64,000 nucleotides of DNA from Promethearchaeota archaeon (lineage in GTDB: Archaea > Asgardarchaeota > Lokiarchaeia > Sigyniarchaeales > SOKP01): assembly GCA_048940645.1 (NCBI GenBank), contig JBHLOI010000004.1:27966-91965 (forward strand). Direction: 5' to 3'. The position numbers and the translations under genes were made by a program. Shown one piece after another: positions 17,579 to 26,794 of this stretch; position 1 is the stretch's first letter, and each line of letters starts with the position of its first letter. The notes under the pieces are model-generated. The model made no database searches, had not been told where the DNA came from, and was given only the letters and a program-made list of their open reading frames with translations.

Positions 17579-18715
17579 TTAAAAACACCTATGTATTATT
17601 TTAGGGCCAAATTCTTTATATTCACGTCGAGTAATCCACATCCTATGAAATGTCTTTAATGATCCTAAAATTGAGCCTCCAATCCACACTGAATACATAC
17701 GTTCTGGTGGACTGATAATTCTTACTTCTACGGATTCAGAAATCATTTCCTTTATCTCTTTTGTTAATCTTTCCTTAATACCTGGAAACATAGTAGAACC
17801 ACCTGACAATACAATATTGCTATAAAGGTCTCTTCGAAGGTCAACATCACATTCAGATATAGCGCTTACAATAAGATCATCAATTGGGTCTAACTCTTTT
17901 CCTATCACTGATGGATTGAAAAAACATTCAGGAGCTAAGAATCTCTCTATTCCTAAGCTAACAGTTTCTCCATCCGGAAGCATAAATAATTTTTCCATTC
18001 CAGCAACTTTCTTAGAAAGTAATAATTCTTTTTCTGGATCTATTGCAACATAACATAGCTTTTCTTTAATATCTCTTACAATTTCAATTTCAGCAGTTGA
18101 GGTGAATGAATAACCTTTTTGTCTTAGCAACCTTTGTAAATATTTTGTAACGTCTCTTCCTGCTAGATCTATTCTTTGTATAGCATGGCTCAATGCAAAT
18201 CCTTCATATATCGGAACAATATGAGACACTCCATCGCCAATATCTATTACAGTTCCTGTTGTTCTTCCTGAAGCATATAAAGATAACACTGCTTGCATTG
18301 CAATGTACAATGCAGGTACATTAAATGTCTCAAACATGATTTCTGCCATTTTCTCTCTATTTTGTCGCGGATTCAATGGTGCTTCTGTAAGGAGTATCGG
18401 ATGTTCTGAAGGATCAATTCTTAGGTCAGTATAATATGTATAATGCCATAATTTTTCCATAGCAGGCCAATCTTCTACAATACCATGTTCGATCGGAAAT
18501 TTAAGACTTAAAAGACCTCTAAGTTCCATTGCCTCTTCTCCAATATAATAATCTCTAGAAAAATGTTTTACATCTGGCATCACAGTTCCATATTTTGGAG
18601 TACCAATCATGGTAGGAAAAACCGATCGTGGTTGATCTTCTCCACCAAAACCGTTTTTGGAAATTCCTGTTCCATTATCTAAAATAATAGCCCTATTAAA
18701 TTTTAATTCTTCCAT
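17579..18715 (-). CDS. Actin, eukaryote-like (Lokiactin type)
   Basis: It has long near-identical blocks to eukaryotic actin: [153 protein letters not shown]. Confidence 0.95.
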   Translation of the reverse strand: MEELKFNRAIILDNGTGISKNGFGGEDQPRSVFPTMIGTPKYGTVMPDVKHFSRDYYIGEEAMELRGLLSLKFPIEHGIVEDWPAMEKLWHYTYYTDLRIDPSEHPILLTEAPLNPRQNREKMAEIMFETFNVPALYIAMQAVLSLYASGRTTGTVIDIGDGVSHIVPIYEGFALSHAIQRIDLAGRDVTKYLQRLLRQKGYSFTSTAEIEIVRDIKEKLCYVAIDPEKELLLSKKVAGMEKLFMLPDGETVSLGIERFLAPECFFNPSVIGKELDPIDDLIVSAISECDVDLRRDLYSNIVLSGGSTMFPGIKERLTKEIKEMISESVEVRIISPPERMYSVWIGGSILGSLKTFHRMWITRREYKEFGPKIIHRCF

Positions 18716-18896
18716 AATTTATTCCTCCACCAATTTTTTTTCGAAATTATATGCTAATTTTTCACAATAGAAATTTAAAATAATGGAATATAAAAATAAA
18801 TTGGTTTATAGTTAAATCCAAGAACTATTTTAGTATCTATTGATGAATTACAGCATATAATTATAATATGATAAAATAAATTTAACTATTTAAATG

Positions 18897-18927
18897 TTGT
18901 CACAATATTGTCGCATCATTGCGACAA
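18897..18927. promoter_or_regulatory. GC-rich direct + inverted repeat (TTGTCACA-ATA-TTGTCGCA-TCAT-TGCGACAA) upstream of actin
   Basis: A perfect 8-bp inverted repeat with a 4-nt spacer lies at 18908..18927, preceded by a near-copy of the half-site at 18897..18904. It is ~190-210 nt upstream of the actin start and 26 nt downstream of the stop of the preceding gene. It stands out in otherwise AT-rich spacer. Confidence 0.35.
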
Positions 18928-18952
18928 ATGAATATATATTCATAAACTAGAT

Positions 18953-19567
18953 TTAGTTATATTTTTTAAGAAATTTTTCAGCTGATTTTCTAGTTTTAAG
19001 GCTTTTACATTCCAGTTGAGCTTTTACAAATTCAATGACTTCTTCCTTATTTTCTATTTCATTAAAGAATTCATTGAAAGATTCAATAATATATGCTTTT
19101 ATTAAGTCTTTACGGCTAATTTCGTGATGTGTCTCATCTATACTTAATAATACTTTAGTTAGCTTATCTCTTAGGTGCGGTTTTGCTTTAGCAATGGTGC
19201 CAAGATTCGCTGCTAGATGCCCAGCTGTCATTACACTTTTAGCATCAATTAAATTACAATAAATATCAAAAATATCTTCAAACTTATTTTTAGTATCAAT
19301 TCTGGCAAGGTTGGCGAGAATTTGAATTCCAATAACTTTATGGAAATTGTTTTGACTTTTTAGCAAATCAATAAAAAAATCCCAATGTGGATAAAGGACT
19401 TCTGGTTTATTCTGGCTTATAATTAATAAGACTTTATGGCTATTATATCGAATAATTTCAGCTTTAGCTATAAGATTATTTATCAATTCAACTAATATTT
19501 TAGGATCTTCTATTGCTTTATTAATAAGGCTTTCAGGTTCAAAATCTTTCTTATTTAGATTATGCAA
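18953..19567 (-). CDS. Hypothetical all-helical protein (HEAT/ARM-like repeats?)
   Basis: The 204 aa protein has helical-repeat character (ILVELINNLI.., VIGIQILANLARID.., MTAGHLAANLGTIAKA..). I recognise no diagnostic motif. Confidence 0.35.
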   Translation of the reverse strand: MHNLNKKDFEPESLINKAIEDPKILVELINNLIAKAEIIRYNSHKVLLIISQNKPEVLYPHWDFFIDLLKSQNNFHKVIGIQILANLARIDTKNKFEDIFDIYCNLIDAKSVMTAGHLAANLGTIAKAKPHLRDKLTKVLLSIDETHHEISRKDLIKAYIIESFNEFFNEIENKEEVIEFVKAQLECKSLKTRKSAEKFLKKYN

Positions 19568-19634
19568 ATTTTATCCCTACATAATTTAATTTTAATAAAA
19601 GAAAATTAAAAAAAAGTTAAGAATAGATATACTT

Positions 19635-20765
19635 TTAGCTTCGCTTTCTTTTATCACGCGCTTTCTTTTTTTCATCAATAAATACCCAGATTATTAATGA
19701 ACTTGCACCAACAATTCCAATTGTTACCAAAGAGATTATTAAAATAGTCTTTTCATCCATAATTATTCTATAAATTGGCTCGGTTTTAAACAAATCAGCA
19801 ATTGGAATCATCTTACCAATAATTCCACTTTCATTCCCACTGGGATAGATTCTACCATGTGTAAATCCGAAATATTGAACTCCAGGAGCTCCAGGTACGA
19901 TTTTGGCTAATTCGTCATCCAAATTCAGTTTAACAACTTTGCTAAAATCGTGATGATAATAAATATAAATATCACGACTAACAGGATCAAAAATATTGCT
20001 ATACCATGTTTGATACATAGCTACAGCATTTAAAACCTCCCGACAAATGTCAACGGTGAGGACTTCTTCAGAATTAACATCGTCAAGTATAGAACAGGCG
20101 GCATCATAGCGCTCACATGGATACCATCCATTTGATGGATTTGCTAAGTTAAAATTAGTTGAAACTAGATAATTTGAATCATTTATACGTGTATATGCGA
20201 ATTCTCCATCAATTCCCGCACTCACAACTACAGCATCACCTGTAGCATCAGCATAGTGCATCTGTGCTGCAACTGCTGTACCAAAATAATAATTTTCAAA
20301 AAAATCAATAGCATCCTCAACATTACTTAATTCCCATAACCATTGAAACCCAACGTGTATTTCTGGGTAAGTATCATTCCGTTCGGGGTGGTCATTCAGG
20401 GGAGCGACTGGTAATCCATTTGCATCATAACACAAGCCTTGATCATTCATCCCGCCCTGTGGCACTCCATCACCTATAAAATAATTATTGTAAAATCCAA
20501 AAAATATCATTCCATGCATAAGTTGCTTTCCTTCAGGAGTTCCCGGGTCAATTTCTTGACTTGGAATAAGCCATATGTATACTCCTTCCATATCGTAATC
20601 TTCACTATTTCCAAAGAAGACTTTATCACCTAACTTAGCTGTAAATATTGTACAGGATTGAGCAATAGGATGAGGGGGATGGATACTAACAATGTTAATA
20701 ATTTGGATATTTGTAAAGAGACAAGAAAAAATAAAAAAATATAATAAAAGTCTTTTAGATTTCAT
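19635..20765 (-). CDS. Secreted/membrane-anchored Ntn-hydrolase-like protein (C45/choloylglycine-hydrolase-like), Cys nucleophile
   Basis: It has a signal/anchor sequence followed by AQSCTIFTAKLGDKVFFGNSEDY, a Cys-Thr start of the mature chain typical of linear-amide Ntn hydrolases. It also has a C-terminal TM helix and a basic tail (KKKARDKRKRS). Confidence 0.5.
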   Translation of the reverse strand: MKSKRLLLYFFIFSCLFTNIQIINIVSIHPPHPIAQSCTIFTAKLGDKVFFGNSEDYDMEGVYIWLIPSQEIDPGTPEGKQLMHGMIFFGFYNNYFIGDGVPQGGMNDQGLCYDANGLPVAPLNDHPERNDTYPEIHVGFQWLWELSNVEDAIDFFENYYFGTAVAAQMHYADATGDAVVVSAGIDGEFAYTRINDSNYLVSTNFNLANPSNGWYPCERYDAACSILDDVNSEEVLTVDICREVLNAVAMYQTWYSNIFDPVSRDIYIYYHHDFSKVVKLNLDDELAKIVPGAPGVQYFGFTHGRIYPSGNESGIIGKMIPIADLFKTEPIYRIIMDEKTILIISLVTIGIVGASSLIIWVFIDEKKKARDKRKRS

Positions 20766-20902
20766 GAGATAATCCCAGATTAAGAAAAATTTATGTTATT
20801 CTATTATATATTGGATGCTTTTTAAATTATTATCTCAATACTCGTATCAAAATGAACTTATGTTACACATTGTGAACAGATTTGTACAAAAGGATAAATG
20901 AA

Positions 20903-23407
20903 TTAACTCATTTTTAGATAAGCCGCTGTTATAGACTCCTTAGATTTTATTATTTCTTCTGGATTACCTTTAGCAATAACTTTTCCACCCTTTGGCCCTC
21001 CTTCAGGTCCTAGCTCAATGATATAGTCAGTATAAGCAAGGATTTGAGGATCATGTTCAATTATAATGACACTATTTCCCTCTTTAACAAGTTGTTCGAG
21101 TAATTCCATTAACTTTACAGCATCATAGAATGATAAACCAACCGTTGGTTCATCTAATATATACAGTGAATCACCTTTGCGTGCTTTTCCTAATTCTTTC
21201 GCTAGTTTGATACGCTGAGCCTCACCTCCACTCAATGTCGGAGCTGGTTGTCCAAGTGTGACATACCCCATACCGATCCTATCAAGGATTTTTAGTACAT
21301 TCGAAATATTTACTTGGGATTTAAATAATTCTAATGCCTCACTTACTGTCATGTTCAACACTTCTGAAATCGTCTTGTCTTTATATTTAACTTCTAGGAT
21401 TTCTGGCTTATATCTCATACCTTTACATTCCTTGCAAGGGATTGTGAAGCTACTAAGAAATGATATTTGTAAATCCTGAACACCATTTCCTTTACATGCT
21501 GGACATCTTCCACTATCAGAATTATAAGAGAAATGTCCTGCTTTATAATTTCTCTTTTTTGCCTCAGGAGTTTTAGCAAAGATATTTCTAATTTTTTCCC
21601 AAATCCCGATAAAAGAACAAGGTGTCGAGGTTCTTACCCTAGAAATTGGCTTTTGGTTGACAACAATGACTCCATCCAAATTTTCCCATCCTTCTATAAT
21701 TCCAGAGTACTCTAACAGATCTTTATCATTTTCCTCGTTTTCATCCTCCTCCTCCTTTTTCATTTGTTTTATTTCAACACCTCTTTTAAAAAATGGTTTT
21801 ATCAGTGGTACAAGACTATCCAATATTAGAGAACTTTTCCCAGACCCTGAAACCCCGGCAATACCTACCATCATTCCCAATGGAATTTTAACCGTAATAT
21901 TTTTTAGGTTATTAGTTTTTACATTCCTAATTGTAATGTATTTAGTGTTTTCATTAATAACCTTATTTTCCTCAATGAGTTTTTCAGGCAATTTAATATT
22001 ACCAGCTAAAAATTGACCAGTATATGAATTTTCTACATTTATTATTCCATCAATCGAACCTTGATAAACTATCTCACCACCATTCACGCCCGCTCCTGGA
22101 CCTATATCTATTATTTCATCAGCAATATCTATAAAACGTTTATCGTGCTCAACAATAATTACTGTATTTCCTAAATCTTTTAATTGTTTTAATACTTCAA
22201 TTAAGGAATCCTTCTCTTTTTCATGTAAACTCATGCTGGGTTCATCTAATATATAGACAAGAGAATCAAGGCCAGAATCTAAATGGGTCATGAGAGTTAA
22301 TCGTTGAAGTTCACCACCACTTAATGTAGGTAAAGAACGATTTAAATGTAAGTATGAAAGACCAACATTAATCATACGTTTTAATCCTTCTAATAAGCTA
22401 TCTAACATTGATTTACCTTGCGGACTTATTACATGTTCTTCACTAATGCTTTCTAAAAATACAATCAATTCATCAATAGTCATCATAGCTAACTCACCAA
22501 TATGTTTTTCAGCGACTTTAACTTCTCTCGCATGTTCATTTATTCGATAACCATCACATTCTTCACATTTTTTCATTGACATGAAATTTTCATGAATCTT
22601 ATGCCTTCTATAAGTACTCTTTGACTCTGTGAGAGCACGCTTCACATGGGGAATAATTCCTTCAAACACTCTTTCTAATATTCCTGTAAATGTCTTAGAG
22701 TCCCACTCAAAAGGTAATTTTTTACCACTACCATATAAAAATACCTGTCTTATATCATCCGGTAAATCTTTATACGGTGTTTTAATGTCAAAATCGTAAA
22801 ATCTTGGCAATTGTTCAACAAAACGAATTTGATCAGCAAAAACAGCTGAACCTGCTTTTGTTATTTGAACTAAGTTTCTATTAGTATCTTGAACGATTAA
22901 ATCCTCAGTAATGTGCATGGTATATCCTCTACCCTTGCAAGATAAGCACATACCTGAGGGTTCATTAAATGAAAAATGTTTAATTTGTTTCCTTTCCACG
23001 ACCATCCCGCACAAATCACATTCTAGATTATTATTAACTGGTTCCTTGCAAATAGGGCATATCAAAATACCTTCAGTGGCATATAGCATTCTGAGTAATC
23101 CATAAATTCCTGTTTTAGTTCCTACTGTAGAGCGAGGATTAAATATACGTGTAGTTCGTTGTTCCACTGCTACTGTGGGACTTAACCCCTCAATTAAATC
23201 AAAAGGCTTCTCATCTTCAAATTTAGGTGGAAAACCGATGGATTGAAGGTATCTATTCATCCCCTCATCAAATATAATATCAAATGCCAAGCTCGATTTA
23301 CCTGAACCTGAAACTCCTGTGATAAGAATTATTTTTCTTTTTGGAATATTAACATTTATGTTCTTTAAATTATGGATTCTTGCTCCAACAACTTTTATTA
23401 CATCCAT
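20903..23407 (-). CDS. UvrA paralog lacking the UvrB-binding domain (class II UvrA / DrrC-like)
   Basis: It begins IKVVGARIHNLKNINVNIPKRKIILITGVSGSGKSSLAFD and has two ABC modules (GVSGSGKSS twice; LSGGELQRL and LSGGEAQRI) plus zinc modules. Only ~25 residues separate CPICKEPV from FSFNEPSGMCLSCKGRG, where canonical UvrA carries a ~140 aa UvrB-binding insert. The protein is 834 aa. Confidence 0.9.
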   Translation of the reverse strand: MDVIKVVGARIHNLKNINVNIPKRKIILITGVSGSGKSSLAFDIIFDEGMNRYLQSIGFPPKFEDEKPFDLIEGLSPTVAVEQRTTRIFNPRSTVGTKTGIYGLLRMLYATEGILICPICKEPVNNNLECDLCGMVVERKQIKHFSFNEPSGMCLSCKGRGYTMHITEDLIVQDTNRNLVQITKAGSAVFADQIRFVEQLPRFYDFDIKTPYKDLPDDIRQVFLYGSGKKLPFEWDSKTFTGILERVFEGIIPHVKRALTESKSTYRRHKIHENFMSMKKCEECDGYRINEHAREVKVAEKHIGELAMMTIDELIVFLESISEEHVISPQGKSMLDSLLEGLKRMINVGLSYLHLNRSLPTLSGGELQRLTLMTHLDSGLDSLVYILDEPSMSLHEKEKDSLIEVLKQLKDLGNTVIIVEHDKRFIDIADEIIDIGPGAGVNGGEIVYQGSIDGIINVENSYTGQFLAGNIKLPEKLIEENKVINENTKYITIRNVKTNNLKNITVKIPLGMMVGIAGVSGSGKSSLILDSLVPLIKPFFKRGVEIKQMKKEEEDENEENDKDLLEYSGIIEGWENLDGVIVVNQKPISRVRTSTPCSFIGIWEKIRNIFAKTPEAKKRNYKAGHFSYNSDSGRCPACKGNGVQDLQISFLSSFTIPCKECKGMRYKPEILEVKYKDKTISEVLNMTVSEALELFKSQVNISNVLKILDRIGMGYVTLGQPAPTLSGGEAQRIKLAKELGKARKGDSLYILDEPTVGLSFYDAVKLMELLEQLVKEGNSVIIIEHDPQILAYTDYIIELGPEGGPKGGKVIAKGNPEEIIKSKESITAAYLKMS

Positions 23408-23432
23408 ATTCTAATTCATCACTTTTTTTAGT

Positions 23433-24098
23433 TTATTTTTGAAAAATATAGAATGCACAATCAAATTCTTTAGGATTTTTCTTAACCATGTTGATTTCTT
23501 CTTCATAAGGCTTCAAACTTTTAATCTCTTTATATTTTTTATATTTAGAACGTAATTCCTTGATCTTTTTTTCCATCGGTAAATAATATTCTTTCCACCA
23601 ACATTCTTCTGGTAATAAGAACTTATTTAAGAGATTAAAACCGTATTCAGGAAAGACTTCTAAGTTCTTGTTAATCCATTTTATTCCTTCTCCCACTACC
23701 AAAAACCCATTTGGCTTTAATACTCGGTGACATTCCACTAAACTTTTCTTGATATTAAGGAGATGTAATACTCCTTCATCCCAAATAAGATTAAAACTCT
23801 CCGCTGAGAAGTCTGTATTATATACAGAACGATTTAATATTCTTATACGAGTTGAAAGACCTTCTTTTACAATTTTTAATTTAAATCTATCTAAAGCAGT
23901 TTGATTTATATCAATTCCAGTGATCTCACCATCGCTAAGCCTTGCTAATTCGATTGTTGGGGCACCAGACCCGCAACCAATATCTAAAATACTTGGATTT
24001 TCCATTTTAGGAAGCATATTAAATGTTTTCCTTGTATATTTTAAGAAGACCTCGCGCATTTTTTCAACATCTAATTCATTCGAAATATCTAACGACAT
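23433..24098 (-). CDS. Class I SAM-dependent methyltransferase
   Basis: It has motif I ILDIGCGSGAPT, post-I ITGIDIN and LKPNGFLVV. Confidence 0.8.
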   Translation of the reverse strand: MSLDISNELDVEKMREVFLKYTRKTFNMLPKMENPSILDIGCGSGAPTIELARLSDGEITGIDINQTALDRFKLKIVKEGLSTRIRILNRSVYNTDFSAESFNLIWDEGVLHLLNIKKSLVECHRVLKPNGFLVVGEGIKWINKNLEVFPEYGFNLLNKFLLPEECWWKEYYLPMEKKIKELRSKYKKYKEIKSLKPYEEEINMVKKNPKEFDCAFYIFQK

Positions 24099-24108
24099 TT
24101 TCTTTTTT

Positions 24109-25278
24109 TTAAATTGATTTTTTTATTGTTTCCCATGCATTAATTTCTAATTCTGCCCATTCTTGAATACCCTTATCTATATGGGGGATACGGTCTCTCC
24201 ATGCATCTAATTCCTTTTTAGCCCCATTTGTAACTTCTTCAGTTTCATCATCAAGCTTTTTCAACTGCTTCTGATAATTACTACCTCCTTCTTCCGTAAT
24301 CTCATTGCTTTTTAGGAATAATCCTCTTAATTTTCCAATGTTAGGAAGGTCATCCGGCAACATAATAGTTTCTAATTCTCGAATTTTATAAACAATTTCA
24401 TCAAACATATATGAAGCTTTAAGAAGCCCATTATTACTTAATAAATTTCCTGCTTCTTTTAAGAAATCCCGATATAAAATTCGAAACATTGCACCACCAG
24501 TCCCCCCCGTCTCCATGTAAATAAACACAGAAACTATACCAAACAATAGATTATCATCATTAAAGTTGGTAGCCCACGTCGGAAGCATCTTTCTCCATTT
24601 CTCAAAACCAGTCAATCCCATATTACGGATTGGAGGATTGTACATATAATTCACATTAGCCTTTATAGCAGTGGGAATAATTTCCTTTAAATTCTTAACC
24701 TTTTTTGGTAAGATTAATTCAACTAATTTATTCTTGGCTGGAAAAGGTGCGTGTTTACTCCCCCTTGCTGCCTTTAATTGCTCATAGGACATTATATGGG
24801 GATTAGCATATCGATCAGAAATATAAACTTCATTTTTTTCCTCATCAATTCCATATGTTACAAATGTATGGGCGCCAAAATGACCCGATTGTTCATTAGG
24901 GATGGGGGTGCCCTCTGCAAAAAAGAAAGGCAGATACGCAAAATCAACAAATGTTATAGCGGGTTTTCCTTTCTCTAATAATGCAATTAGATTATTATGG
25001 GCAGCATTTTCTGATGCTGTCTCTGTAACTTTTATACTTCCTCCTAGAATGCTTAAAACCCTTTCAAAAACCTCGGTTTTCTTCACTGCTAGTCCTAAAA
25101 CCATTGGAAAGGGCATTCTTTTCATGTAGAAATAGAAAAAACCTAACCCTGAGCACAATCCAATTATCATTGGTTCGGAAAGTTCAATGCCATAATAAGC
25201 GAGGACTTTTCTTAAACTTGAAGTCTGGCAATTTGCACCTGCCATATGTTTAAAATCATCTATTATTATTCTAACCAT
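24109..25278 (-). CDS. BtrH_N (papain/C39-like) + DUF4872 protein, paralog B
   Basis: It has an N-terminal GANCQTSSLRKVLAYYG (candidate Cys nucleophile), HFGAHTFVTYGID (His) and YISDRY (Asp). The architecture matches its paralog at 26795..27931. Confidence 0.6.
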   Translation of the reverse strand: MVRIIIDDFKHMAGANCQTSSLRKVLAYYGIELSEPMIIGLCSGLGFFYFYMKRMPFPMVLGLAVKKTEVFERVLSILGGSIKVTETASENAAHNNLIALLEKGKPAITFVDFAYLPFFFAEGTPIPNEQSGHFGAHTFVTYGIDEEKNEVYISDRYANPHIMSYEQLKAARGSKHAPFPAKNKLVELILPKKVKNLKEIIPTAIKANVNYMYNPPIRNMGLTGFEKWRKMLPTWATNFNDDNLLFGIVSVFIYMETGGTGGAMFRILYRDFLKEAGNLLSNNGLLKASYMFDEIVYKIRELETIMLPDDLPNIGKLRGLFLKSNEITEEGGSNYQKQLKKLDDETEEVTNGAKKELDAWRDRIPHIDKGIQEWAELEINAWETIKKSI

Positions 25279-25290
25279 TTTTTTCCCCTT

Positions 25291-25728
25291 CTACTTTATA
25301 TTTGGATTAATTTTATTACCACAATCATAGCATTCTGCATCGTGAATGCAAATTTCACCCTTACATTTGGGGCATGTATAGAGTTTTTCTTGCTCCTGGA
25401 GCCACAATTCAACTCCAATTTCTTCAATTCTTCTTAAATTATTAATCATATTGACGGAATACCTTTCTTGATAAAGACTATCCATTTTTTGTAGCTTTTG
25501 ACAAGGGAAGCTATCACATTCATAACAAAATTCTAATTCTTTTTTTCTCAATGCCGGACAATCTTTTCTTATAAATGCACAATTTTTATTTCTTATTCGA
25601 CAACCTTTACAACCTATTTTATACCCTCTTTCTTCTAATAAATCTTTTTTCCAGAGGAGATACTGCCTGCAAGCACCACAATATATACCGCAGGGTGCTG
25701 CTAAATTATTATCAACCATTTTTTCCAC
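25291..25728 (-). CDS. DUF3795-type Cys-rich protein
   Basis: It reads CGIYCGACRQY ... CKGCR ... C..C .. CPKCKG, a Cys pattern typical of DUF3795. Confidence 0.6.
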   Translation of the reverse strand: MEKMVDNNLAAPCGIYCGACRQYLLWKKDLLEERGYKIGCKGCRIRNKNCAFIRKDCPALRKKELEFCYECDSFPCQKLQKMDSLYQERYSVNMINNLRRIEEIGVELWLQEQEKLYTCPKCKGEICIHDAECYDCGNKINPNIK

Positions 25729-25758
25729 TACTCATGCTTTTATTTTTATGTATTTATT

Positions 25759-26775
25759 TTAACTATAATATCGTTTTAACACTCTTAAGGCAAATAATGT
25801 AATCCATTTACTTTCCTTTCCTTTTTGTTCGATATTTGCCTGCATTCGCCCATTAAAAGATTTCTCTAATATCCATCGACCATTCTCATTTTGCTTTGAT
25901 ACAATTAAATCAATGGCTTCTGTCATTCTATCGTCTTTACAGCCTAATTTTGTTAAGATATCTGAAACTTCTAAAGAATCGATTTTCCAAAATAAAGGAA
26001 AACCAAATTCAACCCATTCTTGCTTCGCAACAGCTTCCAAATTATGACTTTGCTTATAAATATGATGATTAAGCATAAATTCAGTTGCTTTATTTATTGT
26101 ATCTCTTACATCATTTGATCTTTTATCTGGGGGTATCTCCGCCAGTGCCTTTAAATTTTTCACAACCGCCATATGACATGTGTGTGTTCCCCAACAAGCT
26201 TCACCTTTCTTAGAGCCTACAGTATAAGGCCATTCTTCTGGAGGCCTTTTTCCACCATCATCAAAGCGTTGATATTTGGTAATCCAGTCTATCCCTTGTT
26301 GGATTCTAGAATCCCCCAAATATCCAAATCTAATCAAACTCCAGAGCATATTACCGGTTAAACAAGCTAATACTTTATTATGATCACCACCATTTTCTCC
26401 ACTATAATAAGCAAATGCTCCACTTAACTTATCTTGAGAATTCTGAAGGATAAATTCACAAGTCTTCATAATCTTTTCATCATTACCATCAGCATGAAGT
26501 TCAGATAATACTATGAACTGCCAAATTGTTCCTTTATATTTTGTTCTAATGTAAAAATTTTCAGCAATTTCCCAAAATCCATCGGTTTTTTGCTTACTCA
26601 AAATTTTAGGAACAACACCAACCGTCATAATTTTTTCTTGTGTCTTTTTAACCTTATCATCGTTCGGGTTCTTATCTAAAAGATCTGTTAGCGTAAAATA
26701 ACGAACTGAAGGATTATTTTCTTCTAATAACCATTCAATTGGATCTGATTTCAAATATGATTTCCAATTTCTCAT
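25759..26775 (-). CDS. Alpha/alpha-toroid (prenyltransferase/terpene-cyclase-like repeat) protein
   Basis: It has repeating helical-hairpin segments with aromatic-rich motifs (DGFWEIAENFY, GTIWQFIVLSEL, SGAFAYYSG, NGRWILEKSF). The assignment is by general resemblance only. Confidence 0.45.
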   Translation of the reverse strand: MRNWKSYLKSDPIEWLLEENNPSVRYFTLTDLLDKNPNDDKVKKTQEKIMTVGVVPKILSKQKTDGFWEIAENFYIRTKYKGTIWQFIVLSELHADGNDEKIMKTCEFILQNSQDKLSGAFAYYSGENGGDHNKVLACLTGNMLWSLIRFGYLGDSRIQQGIDWITKYQRFDDGGKRPPEEWPYTVGSKKGEACWGTHTCHMAVVKNLKALAEIPPDKRSNDVRDTINKATEFMLNHHIYKQSHNLEAVAKQEWVEFGFPLFWKIDSLEVSDILTKLGCKDDRMTEAIDLIVSKQNENGRWILEKSFNGRMQANIEQKGKESKWITLFALRVLKRYYS

Positions 26776-26794
26776 TCTCTCAAACTCCTATAAA

